Shown here in pieces: positions 17,604-25,612 of a stretch of DNA of 57,252 bases; within the stretch, counting starts at the first letter, position 1; the number at the start of each line of letters is the position of its first letter. This stretch comes from Patescibacteria group bacterium (GTDB taxonomy: Bacteria > Patescibacteriota > Gracilibacteria > UBA1369 > JAHKBB01), in the NCBI GenBank assembly GCA_043820285.1, contig JBDRDX010000011.1, positions 1 to 57,252 of the forward strand, given 5' to 3'. Made by a program: the position numbers and the translations under genes. A model generated the notes under the pieces. It did not search any database and was not told the origin of the DNA. It worked only from the letters and a program-made list of their open reading frames with translations.

Positions 17604-20132
17604 ATGAGTGAACTCTTAAATCAGTTATGGCAATGGGTCATAGAAGAGCCATTTATGGCTGTGGGTTTAGTCGTAGGAATCGTAGTCTCACTCAAACTAG
17701 CCCTGTGGTTACTTCGATTTGTCTACAAAGTGTACACTCATCGCACACTTGTCCGCATGAGAATTACAATGCCTCGTCAAGATAGCCCAAAAGACAAGGA
17801 CAAAGACGTTGAAAAAGATTTCAGAGAAAAGATTGCGATAATGGAACAGTTTTTCAGAAACATTCACGAAATCCACGAAATCAACTTAAGGAATTTGATA
17901 AAAACAAAGTTATTCAAGAGTGACATCGTCTCGTTTGAAATAATTGCAAACGAAAAAATCGTAGATTTTTACATAGTCACGACCGCTTACTACCAGCAAC
18001 TTTTGGAGAAGCAAATAACGAGTTATTACTCAGACGCAGAAATTGAAATAGTAGAACCGTACAATATTGCTCCAAAAGGCAGCTTTACAAAATGCTACTT
18101 CGCATATTTGAAAAAGAAATATTGGTTCCCGATTAAAACATACAAAACCGTTGAGAACGATCCCCTAAACAACCTTACAAACATATTTTCGAAATTTAAA
18201 AATGAAGACAAAGGTGCAATACAGATAGTCATAAGACCACATAGTGGCAACTGGCAGAAGAAAGCTACAAAATTTGCATCCGAATTCTTCAAGGGAAAAG
18301 CGGCAAAAACAGGACTTTCCGGCATACCGGTCCTCGGATGGATCATATCCGGGTTGGGAACACTGGTCCACGGATATTCACCGGAAAAAGCAGACAGTGG
18401 CGGATATGTGCGAATGCTTCAGCCGAAAGAAGAAGTAGCAAAGCAAATGGGTGAAAAGGCCCAGCAAGTCGGATTTGACGCCGTGATAAGAATCATCGGT
18501 ACCTCAGACACAAAAGAAAAAGCACAGGCAATTACAGACAGCTTGATTCTTTCATTCAACCTGTTCCACGAAGAAGCGATGAACTCTTTCCAGACGAGAA
18601 GAATCGTTCCAATCGATGCGATCAACAACAAGATCATGCTCTTTCACTTCAACAAAAGAGTTTTGGATCTATTTCCAGTGTTGAATGAATTCAGATCGCT
18701 AATGGTACCGAGAGAGCTTGCGTCTCTTTTCCACTTGCCGCACAGTAAATACAACTTCACGCCAATAATCAGATGGTTGAAATACAAGGTTTTGCCACCT
18801 CCATACGATCTTCCGGCAGAAGGTATATTGCTCGGTAAAAACGTATACCGCGGAGCAGAAAAAGAAATACGATTCCTTAAAAATGACAGGACAAGACATC
18901 AGTACATCATCGGAAAATCCGGTTCCGGTAAATCCGCCTTCATAAGTTTTATGGCACGCCAAGATATACAGAACGGAGAAGGTGTGTGCGTGATAGACCC
19001 ACATGGAGATCTGGTAGAGGACATACTTACATACATTCCAAAGGAAAGGGCAAAAGACGTAATTATATTCAATCCGGCAGACCAAGAACGCCCGATGGGA
19101 CTCAACATGCTGGAAGCTTCAAGCCCGGAACAACAAGATTTGGCATCGAGTCAGGCCACAGAAATTTTCATTAAGCTGTTTGGAGATGAAATTTTTGGTC
19201 CACGTATTCAGCACTATTTCCGAAATGCGTGTTTGACACTGATGGAAGATCCGGACGAGGGGGCAACTCTTATCGACGTACCAAGGATGTTTGTAGATGA
19301 CGACTTTATGAAATACAAGGTCAGCAAGGTGAAAAACCCGGTGGTTAAGTCGTTCTGGGAACATGAATACGCAAATACGGGTGACCGTGAAAGACAGGAG
19401 ATGATCCCATACTTTAGTTCGAAGTTTGGACCATTCATCACAAACACGATCATGAGAAATACAATCGGCCAGCAAAAGAGCGGGTTTGATTTTCGAAAGG
19501 TGATGGACGAACAAAAAGTTCTCCTTGTAAACCTTTCAAAAGGTAAAATTGGAGACCTAAACACCCAGCTGCTTGGACTTGTAATGGTTGCGCGAATACA
19601 GCAGGCGGCCATGAGTCGTGCAGACATTCATGAGAGCGAACGCAAGGATTTTTACCTATACGTGGACGAGTTTCAGAATTTCGCCACAGACAGTTTCTGC
19701 TCGATCCTTTCGGAGGCAAGAAAATATCACCTCTGCCTGATCATGGCGCACCAATACATAAACCAGCTGGTTGTAAGCAAATACGGAACAACAAGCAGTC
19801 AGATAAGAGACGCTGTGTTTGGTAACGTCGGAACACTTATGTCATTCAAGGTTGGTGCGGACGACGCCGAATATCTCGCAAAAGAATACGCACCGACATT
19901 GACAGAACAAGACGTAATCGGAATTTCAAACTACAAAGCGTACATTCGCTTAAATATTAACAATACGACATCTCGTCCATTTTCAATGAGCACGATCTGG
20001 GATACCACAGGATCAAACAAAAATAGGGCAGACATCATAAAAAAATATTCGCGAATGAAATACGGACGAAAGAGAGAATTCGTAGATCAAGAAATCCAAG
20101 CGCGAATAGGAATTGATCTAACGGCAGATTAA
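17604..20132 (+). CDS. Membrane-anchored P-loop ATPase, TraD/VirD4 (T4SS coupling protein)-like, HerA/FtsK superfamily
   Basis: N-terminal TM helix (FMAVGLVVGIVVSLKLALWLL). Walker A IIGKSGSGKSAF. Walker B FYLYVDEFQNFAT. MAHQYINQL sensor region. Confidence 0.65.
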   Translation: MSELLNQLWQWVIEEPFMAVGLVVGIVVSLKLALWLLRFVYKVYTHRTLVRMRITMPRQDSPKDKDKDVEKDFREKIAIMEQFFRNIHEIHEINLRNLIKTKLFKSDIVSFEIIANEKIVDFYIVTTAYYQQLLEKQITSYYSDAEIEIVEPYNIAPKGSFTKCYFAYLKKKYWFPIKTYKTVENDPLNNLTNIFSKFKNEDKGAIQIVIRPHSGNWQKKATKFASEFFKGKAAKTGLSGIPVLGWIISGLGTLVHGYSPEKADSGGYVRMLQPKEEVAKQMGEKAQQVGFDAVIRIIGTSDTKEKAQAITDSLILSFNLFHEEAMNSFQTRRIVPIDAINNKIMLFHFNKRVLDLFPVLNEFRSLMVPRELASLFHLPHSKYNFTPIIRWLKYKVLPPPYDLPAEGILLGKNVYRGAEKEIRFLKNDRTRHQYIIGKSGSGKSAFISFMARQDIQNGEGVCVIDPHGDLVEDILTYIPKERAKDVIIFNPADQERPMGLNMLEASSPEQQDLASSQATEIFIKLFGDEIFGPRIQHYFRNACLTLMEDPDEGATLIDVPRMFVDDDFMKYKVSKVKNPVVKSFWEHEYANTGDRERQEMIPYFSSKFGPFITNTIMRNTIGQQKSGFDFRKVMDEQKVLLVNLSKGKIGDLNTQLLGLVMVARIQQAAMSRADIHESERKDFYLYVDEFQNFATDSFCSILSEARKYHLCLIMAHQYINQLVVSKYGTTSSQIRDAVFGNVGTLMSFKVGADDAEYLAKEYAPTLTEQDVIGISNYKAYIRLNINNTTSRPFSMSTIWDTTGSNKNRADIIKKYSRMKYGRKREFVDQEIQARIGIDLTAD

Positions 20133-21298
20133 TGGAAGAACTACACTACAACGAGCCAGTTACTCCAACGGAGTCGACGCCCGTTGCGCCGGTGGGACCG
20201 GAATGTCATGCGAAGAGATCTCTAAAATACGTCAAATTCAGCATAATTCTCGGATTTCTTTTACTGCTTATTGCGGTACTTTCTTTTGGAATCTTTAGCA
20301 AAAACCTCATTAAAAACGTACAGGAATCAAAAAAGCACATAAACACACTGATAGATGAAGTCGGTGAAGTGAAAGAGAAGAACATGGTGATAACGCAAAA
20401 GGTCAGCGAAGGCTACAAAGAAATCGAAAAAAGCCTCGCAAATCTAAAAACAGCGGATTCGATAGAGCTTGAAGAGAATCTGAAGAAAGCGGCAGAAGCT
20501 GAAAAAGAAATTACTAAAGCTGTACAGACCGTAAATGTAAGAGCAGTGACAGACAGTAATGAACTGGATTTCCTGTTGGTGGGGCATAATTACGGCCTTA
20601 CAGACACAATTATCCTGGCTAGCGTAAACCCGAAAAAAGAAACAATCACAATGGTAAGCATCCCAAGAGATCTGTATATCGGCGGACGCAAAATCAATGA
20701 ATACTTTGAGTTCTATGGAATCGAAAAACTTGTTGAAGAAGTCGCAAAAGTAACAGGTATCAAAGCGGAAAAATATGCCGTAACAGACATGAAAACCTTT
20801 TCAAAAATGATTGATCTTATCGGAGGAGTGGACATTACCGTTGCAGAAGATATATACGATCCGTACTTTCCAAACGGAGTCGGCTATTACCAAACATATT
20901 ACGTAGAGAAAGGGGATCATCACATGGATGGAACGGAAGCTTTGAAATACGCGCGCAGCAGAAAGACCACATCCGATTTTGATCGCAATGAAAGACAGCA
21001 ACAACTTTTGACGGCGGTTAAAACAAAATTTATCGATTCCAATTACATGGAAAATGCGAAAGGTCTTGTGGATATCTATGCCTCAATTATCACAGACCTG
21101 GAAACAAACATAGACGTGCTGGAAAGTGTCACATATCTAAAGAAATTCCAAAATTATAACTTCGAGATAGGAAACGGTCTAAATACGAGCAATTATCTGT
21201 ATCCAACTTTCACAGAGGGTGGGGCATACATACTTTTGCCAAAAGCAGGAGACTTTGGAGAGGTGAAAGGGTATATAGAGGGCCTAGTGCAAGAGTAG
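20132..21298 (+). CDS. LytR-CpsA-Psr (LCP) family cell-envelope phosphotransferase
   Basis: N-terminal TM followed by the LCP core: LTDTIILASVNPKKETITMVSIPRDLYI and DGTEALKYARSRKTTSDFDRNERQQQLL. Its start overlaps the upstream stop (TAATG). Confidence 0.85.
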   Translation: MEELHYNEPVTPTESTPVAPVGPECHAKRSLKYVKFSIILGFLLLLIAVLSFGIFSKNLIKNVQESKKHINTLIDEVGEVKEKNMVITQKVSEGYKEIEKSLANLKTADSIELEENLKKAAEAEKEITKAVQTVNVRAVTDSNELDFLLVGHNYGLTDTIILASVNPKKETITMVSIPRDLYIGGRKINEYFEFYGIEKLVEEVAKVTGIKAEKYAVTDMKTFSKMIDLIGGVDITVAEDIYDPYFPNGVGYYQTYYVEKGDHHMDGTEALKYARSRKTTSDFDRNERQQQLLTAVKTKFIDSNYMENAKGLVDIYASIITDLETNIDVLESVTYLKKFQNYNFEIGNGLNTSNYLYPTFTEGGAYILLPKAGDFGEVKGYIEGLVQE

Positions 21299-21525
21299 GC
21301 TCGCTTTTAAATGGTCAGACGGTGGGTGGTTGTTACTTTCAATTCCTTTTCGCCGTAGAACTAAAGAAAAGGCGATATTTGAAGGAAATGAATAATAAAA
21401 AGCGTACGGTTGAGGAGGTTTACCTGGTTGAACGGGGAAATGTGGGGAATAAGGCGGGAAACAAGGAATATTCCTGTGTTTAAGATTAATAGAGACGATG
21501 GGGAGGATAGAACCTTATGGAATCA

Positions 21526-21639
21526 TCACCCATAAATCCATACAACAGTTATCACTATAAGAAGTAGAGGGGGGAGGATTGTTCCAATGGCAAAACCAAA
21601 AAGAAAAAATTTGGCGGGTAATTTTATAACGGTTCTCAT
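21526..21639 (-). CDS. Candidate 37-aa single-TM peptide (below the ORF-track cutoff)
   Basis: Hand translation: MRTVIKLPAKFFLFGFAIGTILPPLLLIVITVVWIYG. Its ATG overlaps the upstream small ORF's stop as ATGA. Confidence 0.3.
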   Translation of the reverse strand: MRTVIKLPAKFFLFGFAIGTILPPLLLIVITVVWIYG

Positions 21640-21764
21640 GATAGGAAATTATATAAATCGACTTCGGTAAAAATATACCACCATAAAATCAGAGCCAAAG
21701 ACAAACCAAGGGCAAAAGCAAAGATATCAAGTGCATGTTTTTGTATTTTTTTATCATTCATCAT
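21636..21764 (-). CDS. Candidate 42-aa single-TM peptide (below the ORF-track cutoff)
   Basis: Hand translation: MMNDKKIQKHALDIFAFALGLSLALILWWYIFTEVDLYNFLS. Its ATG overlaps the stop of the large upstream ORF as ATGA. Confidence 0.3.
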   Translation of the reverse strand: MMNDKKIQKHALDIFAFALGLSLALILWWYIFTEVDLYNFLS

Positions 21765-23110
21765 TCATTTAGATTAATGGTTGTTTCCATTTTTATTCGA
21801 ATATTGAAATTATTGACTACACCCAAATTTTCACCTCTATCAGCAAGGTTATTAAGAAAAGTGGTCAAATAACCATACCCGAAATCAATATCGCTGTAAC
21901 TTTTGTAATCAAAATCATAAACGTCATGTAAGATGAATTTTACTCTAAAAACGCCTTCTTGTTTTTTGGTTGCTTCATATTCAATGTTTTTAATTCCATG
22001 TAATGATTTACTAAGATCTCTGTCGCTAAAAATCACTTCATCTCCTTTTGCTGGGGAGCTATCGAGAATAATTTTGCTTTTCAAATTACCCGACTTTAGC
22101 TCTTTTTTAATAATTTCAAGTATTCTGCTATATGCAGTTTTGTCCTTTTTTATTTTTTGAATTAGCGGATCATTTTTCTTAAAAAGTAAGTCTTTGGAAG
22201 TATCCTTGAGAGCGTGCACAAGGAACATGCTTGTATATTTCATGTGTACTCGTTTTGCTAAAGATGCAACGACCGCAAGGGTATTTTTATAAAATTTTCT
22301 TTTATCACCAAGGTCATCCAAATAGCCATCCAGATTTTTGTGCAACTTAATTTCTACTCTTTTGAGAATTGGTTTTTGGTCATACCATAGCTCTACGCTA
22401 TCTTCGAAAAACACAAAATTTTCAATTGCAAGTTTTAGATTTTTCTTGCCTTTATTCAAATCCCCAGAAAAATAAAAGTTCTTGTACTTACGTGAAGTGG
22501 TGGCTTTTTTGTTTTGCAAAATTTTTCCATTGACCACCACTTTTACATTATCCCCATCGGGTTTTTCTTTAGTGGCAGATTCACAAACAGTTGATATTTC
22601 AAAATCTTTTGGTTTTACACCTAAAAACACAAAACTAAACCAGGGAATACCTTTCTTATCAGTGTCGATATTCTCTTTTGGTTTTACTTCGTTAAGGTTG
22701 AATGTTTTTCCTTTTTGGAATTGTACTACTTTAATCTCTTTCAATGCAGGAATTCCGTCGGCGTAAAATTGTAATTTATGTTTACCTTTATTTAGTTCAA
22801 CGAAGAAATGAATAATTTTAGTTCCACCTTTCAGGCTTGCCCCATCCCATGATGAAGCAGTACCAAACCCTTTCCATGAGATTTTTTCATCATGTACTTC
22901 GTATTTGCCGAATTCAAAACCATCCAAAGCAACTCTCAGGTCGTCATCATCCGTATCCCCATTCCGTTTTTCATTTTCAGCTGATGCTGTAATTTCAATA
23001 ATGTATCTTCCAGTTGTTGGTACAGCAAACTCCGTTTCCGCTGCTTTCCATTCATACCTGTCGCCGCCTGGCGCCTTGGGAAATTTTTTTCTTGTAAATA
23101 TAAATTTCAT
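21761..23110 (-). CDS. Unrecognised protein: two tandem beta-sandwich (CBM6/galactose-binding-like) modules plus a C-terminal domain of about 190 aa with no family I recognise
   Basis: Internal repeat: GRYIIEITASAEN...DDDDLRVALDGFEF...LKGGTKIIHFFVELNKGKHKLQFYADG..LKEIKV versus DGDNVKVVVNGKIL...GDLNKGKKNLKLAIEN..LKRVEIKL. Start set at ATG 23110; the track's 5' extension to 23317 overlaps the NYN fragment on the other strand. An alternative start is 23161. No signal peptide. Confidence 0.55.
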   Translation of the reverse strand: MKFIFTRKKFPKAPGGDRYEWKAAETEFAVPTTGRYIIEITASAENEKRNGDTDDDDLRVALDGFEFGKYEVHDEKISWKGFGTASSWDGASLKGGTKIIHFFVELNKGKHKLQFYADGIPALKEIKVVQFQKGKTFNLNEVKPKENIDTDKKGIPWFSFVFLGVKPKDFEISTVCESATKEKPDGDNVKVVVNGKILQNKKATTSRKYKNFYFSGDLNKGKKNLKLAIENFVFFEDSVELWYDQKPILKRVEIKLHKNLDGYLDDLGDKRKFYKNTLAVVASLAKRVHMKYTSMFLVHALKDTSKDLLFKKNDPLIQKIKKDKTAYSRILEIIKKELKSGNLKSKIILDSSPAKGDEVIFSDRDLSKSLHGIKNIEYEATKKQEGVFRVKFILHDVYDFDYKSYSDIDFGYGYLTTFLNNLADRGENLGVVNNFNIRIKMETTINLNE

Positions 23111-23116
23111 ATCCCA

Positions 23117-23144
23117 ATTATACTTTTTATATTGATTGCTACAA
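23117..23144 (-). promoter_or_regulatory. Promoter candidate (TTGTAG-16-TATAAT) ending 6 nt before ATG 23110, implying a near-leaderless mRNA
   Basis: Minus strand reads ttgtagcaatcaatataaaaagtataattgggatATG. Confidence 0.3.
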
Positions 23145-23153
23145 GAAATTTGA

Positions 23154-23381
23154 ATGGCCATGATTGAGTATGAACAGTATGAAAAGGCAATAATTGTCAG
23201 TGGAGACGGAGATTTTGCCTGTCTTGTCCGATATTTGAATAAACACAGTAAACTCGAACAAGTTGTCGTTCCTGATAAAGTACGATACTCGGCTCTATTG
23301 AAAAAAGCTGCGGGCAAACATCTTAATTCGATGAATGACCTTGAATATAAACTTGCCTATAAAAAGAAAAGAACCCCATGA
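23154..23381 (+). pseudogene. C-terminal fragment of an NYN/LabA-like domain gene
   Basis: 75 aa containing the NYN C-terminal motif IIVSGDGDFACLVRYL...VVVP. The N-terminal catalytic half is missing, and a TGA stop sits immediately upstream in frame (23151-23153). Confidence 0.5.
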
Positions 23382-23455
23382 AGACGAAACATCATGGAGG
23401 GCTTTTCGTGGTAATTCTACTATAATTATAGCAAAGTATAGAAAATAAAATCAAG

Positions 23456-23746
23456 GTGGAAGTGCAGAAATTAAAAGAGACTTCAAAACAAATTAAATAC
23501 AAACTTGAAAATCTTGACCGTAAACAAAAAAGAATCCTCGTGGATTTGTTTGTAGATAAGATTGAGATGACCCGAAAAAAAGAAGGTAAACGCTGGAGAA
23601 TCTGGGCTGACATCACTTTCAGGTTCAATCCCGCACTCTTTCATAAAACAGACTATACAGATAGAACCGCCAACGGGCTTAAACTAAAGGACAAGCCGAA
23701 AAAGATACCTTCTCGGAAGGTACCTGGTAGCAGGGGTGGGGATTGA
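23456..23746 (+). pseudogene. C-terminal remnant of a large serine recombinase-like gene
   Basis: 96 aa with a GTG start. The coiled-coil plus tail KRILVDLFVDKIEMTRKKEGKRWRIWADITFRFNP resembles the extreme C-terminus of large serine recombinases. No catalytic domain. The 3' end runs into the tRNA gene. Confidence 0.4.
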
Positions 23747-23801
23747 ACCCACGACCTCAGGCTTATGAGTCCTGCGCTCTAACCGACTGAGCTACCCTGC
23801 C
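23725..23801 (-). tRNA. tRNA with CAU anticodon, elongator type (Met, or Ile2 if lysidine-modified), CCA encoded
   Basis: Reverse complement: GGCAGGG-TA-GCTC-AGTCGGTTA-GAGC-G-CAGGA-CTCATAA-GCCTG-AGGTC-GTGGG-TTCAATC-CCCAC-CCCTGCT-A-CCA. G1:U72 wobble and A31:G39 mismatch noted. Confidence 0.85.
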
Positions 23802-23861
23802 TTACAAACATATAATTTTTATCAATTACCGGTCTCAGAGTCAATCTTTAATATTGGACAT

Positions 23862-25400
23862 CTACACAAATTTAAATTTGCATGAAAAGTGTCTTATTCC
23901 GACTTTAGGCTCACTCCCTTCCACAATTTTTAGACCTCGGGCTTTGCGCCGGTTTTTGTGCAGAAATTTAATGGCTTTTGCAATGACGTCCATGTGATAT
24001 CTATTGTATTTGCGCCGTGGGATAGCAAGGCGCATCAGATCGAGCGCAGGACGTCTATTTTTACCTGTTATGGGATCACGTCCGGCAAGACAGCTTCCAA
24101 TCTCTACAGCACGGATTCCACTCTCTATATACAAAAGCGCCGTTAGCACCTGAGCGGGGAATTGATCTTCCTTTACAGCACCCTTGTAAAATTCCCTGGC
24201 ATCTACAAATACCGCATGTCCTCCAATAGGCTCTACTATCGGGATTCCAAGCTCCTTCAATTGCTCTCCAAGATAATGGACAAGAGAAATCCTGTCTTTT
24301 AAATAATCATACTCGGTAGACTCCATAAGCCCCTGTGCCACGGCTTCCATCATCATTCCGGACATTCCCCCATATGTCTTGTAGCCCTCAAATAAAATAT
24401 TCGCATTAGCCAAATCCTCATACAGATCCTTGTCCCTGACAGCCAAAAATCCTCCCATCGGCACAATCCCGTCTTTTTTTGCGCTCATAGTGCATCCATC
24501 AACCTGGTCAAACATCTCACGCACAATTGCTTTAATGGTTTTGTCTTTATATCCTTTTTCACGAATTTTTATAAAAAATGCGTTCTCGGAAAACCTCGCG
24601 GCATCGAAAAATAAAGGGAGTCCATATTTCTTCACAACTTTTCCAGTATCTTTGATGTTTTTCATCGAAACGGGCTGCCCGCCGCCGGAATTGCAAGTTA
24701 TGGTCAAAAGTACAAACGGCACATGATCCTTTACCTTATTCTTGCCAAATTTCTTCGCGAGATCTGTCAAAAACTTTTCAAGCTTCTTTATATCAACATT
24801 CCCCTTAAATGGATGTATCACATTGGCTTTTTTCCCTTCATCAATAGTGAGATCTACGGGTGTAGCGTGCACAAACTCAATATTCCCGACAGTCGTATCA
24901 AACTGAGTATTTCCAGGAACATATATCTCGGGAACAAAGTCACCCTTTCCATCGATAAGATCCATAGCGTCCTTTGCATTCAGTTTTTTTCCTTTGGCAA
25001 GCCGCTGCATATCTTTTCGGACAAGTGGCGCAGTCATGACGGCATTTTGGGTTCTTTCAGCTCCACGGCCTTGATGGGTGGGAATGACATGCGGAAGACC
25101 GGTAATCTTGTTTACACTCTCCTTTAACTTGTAAAAACTTTTTGCGCCGGCATACGACTCATCACTAAGCATCATTTTGCTCAATTGAATATCGGAAAGG
25201 ATCCCAGTTCCGGAATCGGTTAGAAGATCAATGGTCACATCCTCGGAATCCAACCGAAAAACATTAAACCCATTTTTCTGAATCTTTTTTAAGCGATCTT
25301 TACGTGAAATTTTGGAAGTACTACGAACAACAGCGGGAACATATAAAGGAATCTTATACTCCTCGTCCCTGTCTTCCAGCAGAAAACCAGGCAAAGACAT
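23862..25400 (-). CDS. Beta-eliminating lyase: tryptophanase / tyrosine phenol-lyase family (PLP-dependent)
   Basis: 512 aa. FRLDSEDVTIDLLTDSGTG, THQGRGAE, and PLP-lysine context CTMSAKKDGIVPMGGFLA. Trp versus Tyr specificity cannot be told by eye. Confidence 0.85.
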   Translation of the reverse strand: MSLPGFLLEDRDEEYKIPLYVPAVVRSTSKISRKDRLKKIQKNGFNVFRLDSEDVTIDLLTDSGTGILSDIQLSKMMLSDESYAGAKSFYKLKESVNKITGLPHVIPTHQGRGAERTQNAVMTAPLVRKDMQRLAKGKKLNAKDAMDLIDGKGDFVPEIYVPGNTQFDTTVGNIEFVHATPVDLTIDEGKKANVIHPFKGNVDIKKLEKFLTDLAKKFGKNKVKDHVPFVLLTITCNSGGGQPVSMKNIKDTGKVVKKYGLPLFFDAARFSENAFFIKIREKGYKDKTIKAIVREMFDQVDGCTMSAKKDGIVPMGGFLAVRDKDLYEDLANANILFEGYKTYGGMSGMMMEAVAQGLMESTEYDYLKDRISLVHYLGEQLKELGIPIVEPIGGHAVFVDAREFYKGAVKEDQFPAQVLTALLYIESGIRAVEIGSCLAGRDPITGKNRRPALDLMRLAIPRRKYNRYHMDVIAKAIKFLHKNRRKARGLKIVEGSEPKVGIRHFSCKFKFV

Positions 25401-25424
25401 GGTTTATCATTAATTACTGAGAGA

Positions 25425-25454
25425 AATATACAGCAGAGGCGTGCCAAATATCAA
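25425..25454 (-). promoter_or_regulatory. Promoter candidate for the lyase gene (TTGATA-18-TATATT)
   Basis: Minus strand reads tttgatatttggcacgcctctgctgtatatttctc. Lies between tRNA-fMet and ATG 25400. Confidence 0.35.
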
Positions 25455-25473
25455 ATCTTTGGGGTACAGATCA

Positions 25474-25548
25474 TGGTTGCGGGGGGGGGATTCGAACCCC
25501 CGACCTCAAGGTTATGAGCCTTGCGAGCTGCCACTGCTCCACCCCGCG
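25474..25548 (-). tRNA. Initiator tRNA-fMet (CAU), CCA encoded
   Basis: Reverse complement: CGCGGGG-TG-GAGC-AGTGGCA-GCTC-G-CAAGG-CTCATAA-CCTTG-AGGTC-GGGGG-TTCGAAT-CCCCC-CCCCGCA-A-CCA. Has the C1xA72 mismatch diagnostic of bacterial initiators and is close to the E. coli tRNA-fMet sequence. Confidence 0.85.
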
Positions 25549-25612
25549 CCGTTATCCAACCTATAATGAAAGAGCAATAGGAGGTTAATAGAAAATTTAA
25601 CAGAAGTCAATT

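Noticed and set aside
21345-21375. Hairpin after the LCP gene (CCTTTTC...GAAAAGG) as an intrinsic terminator
   Set aside because: The stem is only 7 bp and A/T-rich, the loop is 14 nt, there is no clear U-tract, and a competing alternative pairing exists. This is not convincing.
21564-21588. Possible degenerate att repeat of the tRNA-CAU 3' end (GTAGAGGGGGGAGGATTGTTCCAA versus GTAGCAGGGGTGGGGATTGAACCCA)
   Set aside because: Only about 15 of 20 positions match after a 1-nt gap in a G-rich context. The sequence also lies inside the candidate 37-aa ORF. This is too weak to call without a statistical comparison.
23111-23317. 5' extension of the 518-aa ORF
   Set aside because: It overlaps the NYN-fragment ORF on the opposite strand and encodes a Cys/Ser-rich peptide with no domain character. 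The internal ATG at 23110 is preceded by a TATAAT box.
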